Assembly: GCA_044224875.1 (NCBI GenBank)
Contig: JBGAJQ010000075.1
Span: 1-23,237 of the forward strand
Reading direction: 5' to 3'
Origin: Gemmatimonadaceae bacterium
Lineage (GTDB): Bacteria; Gemmatimonadota; Gemmatimonadetes; Gemmatimonadales; Gemmatimonadaceae
DNA length: 23,237 bases
The translations under genes and the position numbers were made by a program. A model generated the notes under the pieces. That model saw only the letters and a program-made list of their open reading frames with translations. It did not search any database and was not told the origin of the DNA. Each line of letters starts with the position of its first letter. The first letter of the stretch is position 1. This document shows, piece after piece, positions 1-7,368 of this stretch.

Positions 1-663
1 CGTCTGCTCGAGGGGCACCACCGGATGCGCGATGTACCAGCGCGTGCCGAGGAGCCCCGTTTCTTCCCCAGTGGTGGCCACGAACACCACCGTGCGCTTT
101 GGCTTGGGTCCCAGTGCGATCGCACGGGCAATCTCGAGTACGGCGACGGTACCTGAGGCGTCGTCGTCAGCGCCGTTATAGATGGAATCTCCGTTCACCG
201 CCGCGCCAATACCCACATGGTCGTAGTGCGCATCCACGAGGATTGCCTGCGAGGCGAGTTCGGGATCGATCCCGCGAATAATGCCGGCCACATTGACGCC
301 ATTCAGTCGCCGAGCGGAAGGGATCGAGTCCATGGCGTCGAAGGACGCCATCAGCCTCGGACGCGCACTGCCCTGGGCACTGGTGGACGAGAGAGCGATC
401 GGGACGCGCTGGAAGTAGCCGCTGTCGCCAGACGGAATGAGCCCCGCCGCGCGCATCTGCTCCGCGATGTACCTGGCGGCACGGGCCGACCCGCGGCTGC
501 CGACGGCGCGCCCTTCCATGGAATCGTCGGCGAGGACGAAAAGCAGCTGACGGGTGCGCTGCTCGGCGGTGAGCGGTGTGGCCGCTCCCGTGGAGACGGC
601 AACGGACCGGGAGCAGGCGGCCAATACCACGATGGCCACGGGGAAGAGTTTGCGAAAAGACAT
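1..663 (-). CDS. M28 family Zn-peptidase, predicted lipoprotein (3'-truncated by window edge; not in ORF track)
   Basis: Manual translation from ATG at 663 is open to base 1: MSFRKLFPVAIVVLAAC (lipobox)...LADDSMEGR...NVAGIIRG...ILVDAHYDHVG...IYNGADDDASGTVAVLEIA...PKRTVVFVATTGEETGLLG. HYD, GADDDASG and GEE are the M28 metal-binding/catalytic motifs. Confidence 0.93.
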   Translation of the reverse strand, partial: MSFRKLFPVAIVVLAACSRSVAVSTGAATPLTAEQRTRQLLFVLADDSMEGRAVGSRGSARAARYIAEQMRAAGLIPSGDSGYFQRVPIALSSTSAQGSARPRLMASFDAMDSIPSARRLNGVNVAGIIRGIDPELASQAILVDAHYDHVGIGAAVNGDSIYNGADDDASGTVAVLEIARAIALGPKPKRTVVFVATTGEETGLLGTRWYIAHPVVPLEQT

Positions 664-788
664 CGTCGTAAGCGGCAAGACGCGAGACGAACCGGGAAAC
701 CTCAGTTCTCAGAAAGCTAGCGGTCGCGGATGCGCGTGTCAGACGCGCGGGACGTGCCACCGCGAGCAGGAGACCTGAGGATGCTCCG

Positions 789-1556
789 TCAGCCGCGGGC
801 GATCACGAGGAAGATGTCGTAGAGCGCGTGCGTCCAGGCCGTGATGCCGAAACCGCGCGTGACGTATAGTCCGCTGAACGCCAGACCGGCGATGGCGCGA
901 AAGAGGAACGACGTCATTGTGAAGGTGTCTCCGTACGGGCCCACATAGTGGAAGACGGAGAAGACCGTGGCGCCGCCGAGGACTGCGAAGGTGGTGGAGG
1001 CCACCGGCCCCCAGCCGAGGAGTTGCTTGCCGACCCAGACCAGTGCGCCCACGAGGATGACGCGGAAGAGCAGCTCCTCGTAGAGCCCCGCACCTAACGA
1101 CAGGGTGATGGCCGTTGGAACGCCCAGCTTGTCCAGCGGTCCCCCGCCAGCGGCCATGGCAAGGCTCGGACTGGCACCGACCGCGTTCACCAGCTGTGCC
1201 GTCACCACGCCCACAACGGTCCCAAAGACGGCGGCCAGCGCGCTCGATTCGATGAGCATGCGCAGGAACACGCTGACGCGTAGTCCACCCGCGCTCCGCC
1301 GCCAGTCCCGAATGGCCACGGCGAGCATAACGACAATGATGCCGACGTCCACGATCAGGGGGCCACGCGGGCCGGCGACCGAGGAGACGAGGCTCTTCAG
1401 CATCACGTCGGCGCCGTTCCGGATGCCGGTGGCCCCGCCCTGCAGTCCGGCGGCAAGGAGTTCGTACAGGAACAGCAGCGGCAGCGCGAACAGGAGGGAG
1501 TAGCGCGGCGCGCGGGATGCGGCCCAATAGCTGCTGGAGGTGGTCGTCGGCGGCAT
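789..1556 (-). CDS. CPBP (Abi/CAAX-protease-like) intramembrane glutamic endopeptidase
   Basis: Multi-TM protein with the three CPBP motifs: YEELLFR, FSVFHY, WTHALYD. Confidence 0.9.
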   Translation of the reverse strand: MPPTTTSSSYWAASRAPRYSLLFALPLLFLYELLAAGLQGGATGIRNGADVMLKSLVSSVAGPRGPLIVDVGIIVVMLAVAIRDWRRSAGGLRVSVFLRMLIESSALAAVFGTVVGVVTAQLVNAVGASPSLAMAAGGGPLDKLGVPTAITLSLGAGLYEELLFRVILVGALVWVGKQLLGWGPVASTTFAVLGGATVFSVFHYVGPYGDTFTMTSFLFRAIAGLAFSGLYVTRGFGITAWTHALYDIFLVIARG

Positions 1557-1638
1557 GGACTGAAGGATGGTATGAAGAATCTACGCGTTGGCGCGCGCGA
1601 CGTTTCATGCCATTCTTGTGAGAGGTCCAATCCCGTTG

Positions 1639-2460
1639 ATGTGCATGCACATGGTGAAGAACCACACATTGTCCGTTCGTGAGAACCTCCGGCGCCGGCG
1701 CGTCGTGTTGGCCATCGCCATATGCGCATGCGCCGCGGTGCTGGCGCCCTCCCACGTGGGTGCGCAGGAGCGCTCGGCGGTCGTTGTGGTACGGGACTCG
1801 GTGACGCGGCAGCCGCTGGCCGGCGTCCTGGTGGCTCGTGACTCTGGCGGCCGTGCATTTGCCACCACAGACAGTGGTGGCGTGGTGCGTCTGACCGTGA
1901 GCGCCGCGACACGACAGGTGCATCTCACCCGGCTTGGCTACGCCCCGCGCTGGCTGGAATTGCCCGACGCCAGCGCGCTCTCGCTGGACGTCGTCATAGC
2001 GCCCGCCGTGCACACACTTGGCGAAGTCGCGGTCGAGGCGAAGGCGCTGCCGAACGTGCCCGAGCGCCTACGTGAATTCGAGGAACGTCGCGCATCAAAA
2101 CGCTCGGCCGTGTTCATCACGCGGCCAGAGATCGTCAAGCGCAACACCAACCGGCTCACGGATCTCTTCCGCGGCATTGCGGCGGTGAAGGTGGCGGACA
2201 GCGCCGGCGTGCGCGTGGTGGTTTCCGCGCGCAGCGTGCTCCCACGGATCAACAGCACGGGCGGGAGTGAGCTGCGCTACTGCCTGCTCCGTGTCATCGT
2301 CGACGGCCAGCCCAAGGAGACGGGGTTTCCGTTGGACCTGATTGAGGCAAACGAGGTGTACGGGCTTGAGGTATACCAGGGTCCCAGCACGGTGCCCATG
2401 CAGTACGCGTCGTACGGACGGGATGCGAACTGCGGGGTGATCCTGGTCTGGACGCGTTAG
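1639..2460 (+). CDS. Exported protein: carboxypeptidase-regulatory-like (Ig-like) domain plus TonB-receptor plug-like domain, no beta-barrel
   Basis: Signal peptide (RRRRVVLAIAICACAAVLAPSHVGAQ); VRDSVTRQPLAGV...TDSGG...RLGY module; plug-like FITRPEI...LTDLFRGIAAV...IVDG...EVYGLEVYQG...CGVILVWTR. Start uncertain (1588 TTG, 1639 ATG or 1651 ATG). Confidence 0.8.
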   Translation: MCMHMVKNHTLSVRENLRRRRVVLAIAICACAAVLAPSHVGAQERSAVVVVRDSVTRQPLAGVLVARDSGGRAFATTDSGGVVRLTVSAATRQVHLTRLGYAPRWLELPDASALSLDVVIAPAVHTLGEVAVEAKALPNVPERLREFEERRASKRSAVFITRPEIVKRNTNRLTDLFRGIAAVKVADSAGVRVVVSARSVLPRINSTGGSELRYCLLRVIVDGQPKETGFPLDLIEANEVYGLEVYQGPSTVPMQYASYGRDANCGVILVWTR

Positions 2461-2551
2461 GCGCCCCCGTGGTGCGGCAGGTGACGAAGTGTCGACCGGC
2501 AGCGCCAGACAGCGGTCGACCAGCAACGGCACGAACCGGCGACCAGCAACA

Positions 2552-2585
2552 GAAAGGGCCGGATCCTCGCGGACCCGGCCCTTCT
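2552..2585 (-). terminator. Intrinsic terminator downstream of susD (possibly bidirectional)
   Basis: Minus strand reads AAGGGCCGGGTCC-GCGA-GGATCCGGCCCTT-TCTGTT: a 13-bp stem with one G-U pair, a GNRA loop and a U-rich tail, about 20 nt after the susD stop, between convergent genes. Confidence 0.8.
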
Positions 2586-2605
2586 GAATTGCTACCGCCT
2601 GACGA

Positions 2606-4048
2606 CTAGAGGTTGCCCTCGCAGCCGCGCGGCTTGGTGACACGACCATCGCACTCGGCCTGCGGGATCGGCATGACCTTGGCCACAAACTGCCCGGCCT
2701 TGTCGATCGGTAGCTGCGCCAAGCGGTTCCACCGTCGCATGTCGACCCAGCGCGCGCCCTCGAACAGCAGGGACATGTGCTTCTCGTACATGATCAGGTC
2801 GAGCCCAGCGGCGCCCGTGGGCACGGCGGCCAATGGAGCCAGCTTGCCAGACACCGTGCGCACGTTGTTCAGGTCTGTGAGCGCGGCCGTGGTGTTATTG
2901 GTGGCCCAGTTGGCCTCGGCGCGGAGGAGGATCAACTCCTCGTTCCGGATCACTGGGGCCGGCGAGTTGTCGGACGCATAGATCGTGAACCGATACTCGG
3001 CCGCGATGTTCTGCTTGCCCGGTGGATCAACCGGCGACGCGAGCTTCGCGATCTTGCGCACGACGCGATCGTCCAGCGTGACGCCATCACCCTGCTTCTG
3101 GGCGATAGTGGGCGCCTGCGAGTGCGCGTACACGTAGTTGTTGACCGAGAAGGCGTTGGCGTTCGAGACGTCACCGGCCGTCGTGGAGTACACGTGGTTT
3201 GGACCGGTGTTGAGCGCCGCCAAGGTCGTTGCCGCACCTGGGGCCGTCACGAAGGACTCGTTGAGCGCGGTGAGCGCCGCGTTGTAGCACGTCGCGCCGC
3301 AACCTAACGAACCACGAATCACCTGAACCTTGGCCGCGATGGCGCGGTTGAACTTCAGGAAGGTGGGCGGCGTATCGAATCCGGCGAACCCCGAGTGCAG
3401 GGTCACCGGAAATGCCGTTCCCCCTGCCGTCAGGTTCGTCTTCGCCTCATCCAGCAACGTCGAGATGTAGGCGTACACCTCATCGCGCGTCTTGAACGGC
3501 GCCGGAACCGTGGGGTCCGTCGGGATGTCGATGGGCGCACCTAACGTGTCGCGCGTCTGAATGACCATGAAGAGGTCGAACGCGCGCCACGTCTTGGCGA
3601 ACCCTTGCATCGCCGACTTGTCGGATGCCGAAAGCGTTGACGCGCCAACGGCGTCCAACAAGGCGATCGTGTTCTTCATTCCCTGATAGCGGCCCGCCCA
3701 CTGGCCACTGGCGAAACCGCCGTAGTCCAGGCGTTGCGGTCCGGGAATGCCCACCAGGTAGTGCGACACCGTGCGGCCGTCGGTCGTGAAGTAATTGTAG
3801 ACCTCACGGCCAAAGATGCCGACGTCACGGTTCCAACCCGCCGCCTGGTCGCGCTCGGAGCGCATGATGCCGGTGGCGAGGAGCTGGATGCCGTTGGGGT
3901 CCTTACCCACCGCCGTCACCGTCGGTGAGTTGTAGTTAGGCACGTCGAGGAAGTCCGACTTGCAGGCCGAGGCCAGGGTCAATCCTGCGACGAGCGCCAG
4001 CTGTCCAATGCGGCGCATCTCGAAACCTCTGTTGGATGTATGGGTCAT
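2606..4048 (-). CDS. SusD/RagB family nutrient-binding outer-membrane lipoprotein
   Basis: Lipobox LASAC; SusD motifs VIRNEELILLRAEA, ALTDLNNVR, EKHMSLLFEGARWVDMRR, PIPQAE; lies directly downstream of susC. Start is 4048 (GGGAG 9 nt upstream), 4018 or 4057. Confidence 0.93.
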   Translation of the reverse strand: MTHTSNRGFEMRRIGQLALVAGLTLASACKSDFLDVPNYNSPTVTAVGKDPNGIQLLATGIMRSERDQAAGWNRDVGIFGREVYNYFTTDGRTVSHYLVGIPGPQRLDYGGFASGQWAGRYQGMKNTIALLDAVGASTLSASDKSAMQGFAKTWRAFDLFMVIQTRDTLGAPIDIPTDPTVPAPFKTRDEVYAYISTLLDEAKTNLTAGGTAFPVTLHSGFAGFDTPPTFLKFNRAIAAKVQVIRGSLGCGATCYNAALTALNESFVTAPGAATTLAALNTGPNHVYSTTAGDVSNANAFSVNNYVYAHSQAPTIAQKQGDGVTLDDRVVRKIAKLASPVDPPGKQNIAAEYRFTIYASDNSPAPVIRNEELILLRAEANWATNNTTAALTDLNNVRTVSGKLAPLAAVPTGAAGLDLIMYEKHMSLLFEGARWVDMRRWNRLAQLPIDKAGQFVAKVMPIPQAECDGRVTKPRGCEGNL

Positions 4049-4062
4049 GTTCGTCATCTCCC

Positions 4063-7000
4063 TTAGAAGCCGAAGTCGAAGGAGAGGAAGAACGACCGGG
4101 CCGGCGGATACGGGCCGAGGTCCACGAAGCGGACGGTGTAGTTGCCACCGTTGTTTACTTCGGGGTCAAAGCCGTTGTAGCCCGAGATGATGAACAGGTT
4201 GCGGCCAGCCAGGCTCACGCGACCATTGCGAGCGCCGGGCACGAAGCTGAAGTACTTGTGCGGCAGCTCATACGACACGTTGACTTCGCGGATCTTCGTG
4301 TACGAGCCGCTCTGGATGTAGATCGGCGTGTTGGAACCGCCGCCCCACGTGTTGTACCGGTACGAACCCAGCGGGTCGGTGCCCGACGGAGCCTTGTTGT
4401 CATAGTCCCACGTCGTGCCGCCTTCGTCGTACAGGTTCAACGTCATGTTCGACAGGTAGCCACCGTGGCGGTACTCGGCCAGGACGTTGAAGTTGAACGC
4501 CTTGTAGTTGAAGTCGTTCGAGAAGTTCATCGTGTACTGCGGATTCGCGTCGGCGATCGGCTGCTGAGCCACCGTCGCGCCGTTCTTCTGGATGTTGCCC
4601 CAGATCGTCGAGATGGTGTAACCCGGTGTGTAGAACAGCTGGCCGTACGCATTGCCGAAGCCGCGAGCCGCCGTGTTGTCACGGAAGGGACGCACACCGG
4701 CTGGGAACGACGTGATCTCCGCCTTGTTCGTGGCGTAGGTCGTGCGAGACGTCCAGATCAAGTTCCCGGTCTGGATCGGCACGATCGTCGCTGCAAACTC
4801 GTAACCCGTCGAGTGCATCTTGCCGCCGTTCTTCGTCGTGCCGGTGATACCGGTCGACGGCGCCAGCTGCGGGCGAACGAGCAGGTCTTCGATACGGCGA
4901 TCGAAATACGTCGCCTCGAAGCGGAGACGATCCTTCCACGACGAGACGTCGAAACCCGTCTCGAGTTCGTTCATGACTTCCGGCTTCACCAGCGGATTGC
5001 CGACGGTGCCCGGGAGGCCGTAGCCCAACAGGCCGCCGATCAACCCGTACTGGGCGACCGTCAGGTCACGCTCGCCGTAGTTCGGGCGGTTGCCGGACTG
5101 GCCGTACGCCGCGCGCAGCTTCAACTCGCCAATACCACGGAACGGGTTCTGCAGGCGGTACGACGATGAGACACGCGGGAAATAGTAGACCGTGTCACGG
5201 AAGCCGTTGACGCTGGACTTCTCGGCGCGCACGGCGGCGGACACGAACAGGCGCTCACCAAAGAGCAGGAGGTCTTCCTGCGCAAAGGCGGCCTGGTTGC
5301 GGATCAAGCTGCGGGAGTTGGACACCGTGGTGTTGGAGGCGCCGGCCGCATTCTTCTGGTTCGGGCCCAACCCACGACCTACGATGTTGTAGTCGTTGCC
5401 TTCGGAGGTCTCGTACTGCAAGCCAGCGGTGGTGGTCAGCGTCCCGATGGAAAGGCCACTGAAGGCCCAGCTACCGGAGAGCGTCCCGTTCGTTTGCAGC
5501 GACGTTCCGTTACCCTGGATCGCCGTGCCGGGGAAGTTGCCGGCCTGCACCGTGCCTAACCGCTGGAACTGCAGCTCCGACGGTGCGAGCACATAGTTCT
5601 CGCTGGAGAATCGGTCGGCACCTGCAACGAGCGAGAAATTCAACGTGTTGTGCGCGTTGGACCACGCCGCGTAGTTGACCTTTGAGGAGAAGATCTGACG
5701 ATACACGTCCTCGTTATTGATGAGGAGGTCCATCGTCTGGAACGGATTCGACGTGTTGAGCGCACCCGAGGGGAAGGTGTTCAGCACATAGCGACCCGTC
5801 GCGTCCTTCTTGCTGAGATCGACGACCGGCGGTGCATAGGCCAGCGCATAGATCGGCGAGGAGAGGGCGTTGTCGTTGTTCGAGATACCACGCTGCGAGA
5901 ACGAACGCGTGATCGTCGAGCCGAGGGAGATCGTGATCTTGTCACCCAACTGCTGATCCAGGTTGCCCCGCAGCGATTGCCGGCGTGCGCCGGTGTGGAT
6001 CAGGGTGCCTTTCTCCTGACGCATCAAGCCCGAGAAGAAGTAGCGCGTGTTGTTGATGCCGCCGGCGAAATTCGCCGAGGTCTCGTAGGTCGGATCCGTC
6101 TGACCGTACAGCATCTGCTGATAGTCATAGTACTTGCAGCCGCCGGCGCAGGCCGCGGTGGCCGCGGCGGTCGCCTGGGCACCGCCAACCACGGACAACA
6201 CTTCATCCACGTTCGTGAAGTGACGCTGACCCAGCTTGCGAATCAGCTGATACGTGCCGACGCGCTGGCTGACGTTGAACCGCGGAGCGCCCGCGGAACC
6301 ACGCTTGGTCGTGATCACGACGACGCCGTTGGTGGCCTGCGAGCCGTAGATGGCCGATGCCGCCGCCGACTTCAGGACTTCGATCGACTCGATGTCCGCC
6401 GGATTGATGTCCGCCAGACGGTTGGTCCCGTTCTCTTCACCGGAGTTGAGCGAGCCGGTGACGACGGAGAGTCGGTTCGAGCGCACCGCGTTGGAGATTG
6501 CGATGCCGTCCACGATGAACAGTGGCTGGGTGTTTCCGATAAGTGAGGACGATCCACGAATCTGGATCTGGCCACCGCCGCCCGGCGCACCATTGTTCAT
6601 GGAGATGTTCGCGCCGACCACCTTCGCCTGAAGCGCGCTTTCAACCGCGGGCGACGGTACGCGCACGAGCTCTTCCGTGTTCACCGCGGCGACGGCGGTT
6701 GCCGCGTTCTTGCGGTCGATCGTCGTGGCGGCGCCAGTGACCGTCACACCTTCGAGCTGGAGGACGTCCTTTTCCAGCGCAAAGTTGATCGCGTTCTGGC
6801 TGGCCGGGACGCGAACCTGCTGGCGCTTGTACCCGATGGCACGGACCTGGACGGTCACGTCGCTGTTCGGAGCGCGGAGCCGGAACTCGCCGCGATCGTT
6901 GGTGCGGGTGCCTCCGGCGGCGCCAACTAACCCGATAATCGCGTCGCTCAGAGGGGCGTCGGTGCCCGAGATGGTCACCTTGCCGGTGATCTCGCGCGTC

Positions 7001-7071
7001 TGCGCCTGTGCCGATGTCGGCAACAGCAGGGCGGCGAGGAGTGGTACTGCGAGGACGAAGAACCTGCGCAC
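4063..7071 (-). CDS. SusC/RagA family TonB-dependent outer-membrane transporter
   Basis: Signal peptide, N-terminal extension domain, plug motifs IQIRG...PLFIVDG and DINPADIESIEVLKSAAASAIYGSQATNGVVVITTKRG, LKLRAAYGQSGN, C-terminal YPPARSFFLSFDFGF. GTG at 7071 follows GGAGG; the ORF track starts at ATG 7083. Confidence 0.95.
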   Translation of the reverse strand: MRRFFVLAVPLLAALLLPTSAQAQTREITGKVTISGTDAPLSDAIIGLVGAAGGTRTNDRGEFRLRAPNSDVTVQVRAIGYKRQQVRVPASQNAINFALEKDVLQLEGVTVTGAATTIDRKNAATAVAAVNTEELVRVPSPAVESALQAKVVGANISMNNGAPGGGGQIQIRGSSSLIGNTQPLFIVDGIAISNAVRSNRLSVVTGSLNSGEENGTNRLADINPADIESIEVLKSAAASAIYGSQATNGVVVITTKRGSAGAPRFNVSQRVGTYQLIRKLGQRHFTNVDEVLSVVGGAQATAAATAACAGGCKYYDYQQMLYGQTDPTYETSANFAGGINNTRYFFSGLMRQEKGTLIHTGARRQSLRGNLDQQLGDKITISLGSTITRSFSQRGISNNDNALSSPIYALAYAPPVVDLSKKDATGRYVLNTFPSGALNTSNPFQTMDLLINNEDVYRQIFSSKVNYAAWSNAHNTLNFSLVAGADRFSSENYVLAPSELQFQRLGTVQAGNFPGTAIQGNGTSLQTNGTLSGSWAFSGLSIGTLTTTAGLQYETSEGNDYNIVGRGLGPNQKNAAGASNTTVSNSRSLIRNQAAFAQEDLLLFGERLFVSAAVRAEKSSVNGFRDTVYYFPRVSSSYRLQNPFRGIGELKLRAAYGQSGNRPNYGERDLTVAQYGLIGGLLGYGLPGTVGNPLVKPEVMNELETGFDVSSWKDRLRFEATYFDRRIEDLLVRPQLAPSTGITGTTKNGGKMHSTGYEFAATIVPIQTGNLIWTSRTTYATNKAEITSFPAGVRPFRDNTAARGFGNAYGQLFYTPGYTISTIWGNIQKNGATVAQQPIADANPQYTMNFSNDFNYKAFNFNVLAEYRHGGYLSNMTLNLYDEGGTTWDYDNKAPSGTDPLGSYRYNTWGGGSNTPIYIQSGSYTKIREVNVSYELPHKYFSFVPGARNGRVSLAGRNLFIISGYNGFDPEVNNGGNYTVRFVDLGPYPPARSFFLSFDFGF

Positions 7072-7209
7072 AGGACCTCCCATGCAGTGGTGTGGGGACT
7101 GATTCCGCGCCGCTCATTCCACCCGTCCCCTGCCGCCCATCAGGCGTAAAGAGCCCGGGATAGAACGAAATGCACGGCTCGTGGAGCTGGGTACTCCACT
7201 GAAGCGGCT

Positions 7210-7238
7210 ATTCTCGACGCTCGTCCCACAGAAGTCAA
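7210..7238 (-). promoter_or_regulatory. Candidate sigma70 promoter for susCD
   Basis: Minus strand TTGACT (7238-7233), 17-nt spacer, GAGAAT (7215-7210). Confidence 0.45.
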
Positions 7239-7368
7239 GAAGGGAATCGCTGCGTAAGCCGATAGGCCAACTGGCTTTAGAGCCTTGACAGGTGGGACGA
7301 ACTGCAAACCGCGCTTGACGACGGCCCTCGCAGACCGCTAGATGGGCCCGTCCCCTCCGGAGTACCCC

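Noticed and set aside
99..778. ORFs 99-281, 176-760, 217-720, 351-602, 554-778
   Set aside because: Arg/Gly-rich shadow frames overlapping the M28 peptidase, with no recognisable motifs.
789..1556. CPBP/'Abi' gene as a phage-defence system
   Set aside because: The Abi label for this family is historical; the motifs indicate a membrane protease and no defence genes are adjacent.
739..2013. 424-aa minus-strand ORF
   Set aside because: Overlaps two motif-supported genes and has low-complexity composition typical of alternate frames in GC-rich DNA.
4036..5169. 377-aa antisense ORF in susC, and similar antisense ORFs throughout the window
   Set aside because: Expected from stop-codon scarcity at high GC; no RBS or domain evidence.
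7075..7340. Known riboswitch (cobalamin/TPP) upstream of the TonB-dependent transporter
   Set aside because: Conserved core sequences not found by eye.
7285..7344. Plus-strand promoter from TTGACA (7285) or TTGACG (7315)
   Set aside because: TTGACA has no matching -10. TTGACG-N18-TAGATG is plausible but too weak to list as a feature.
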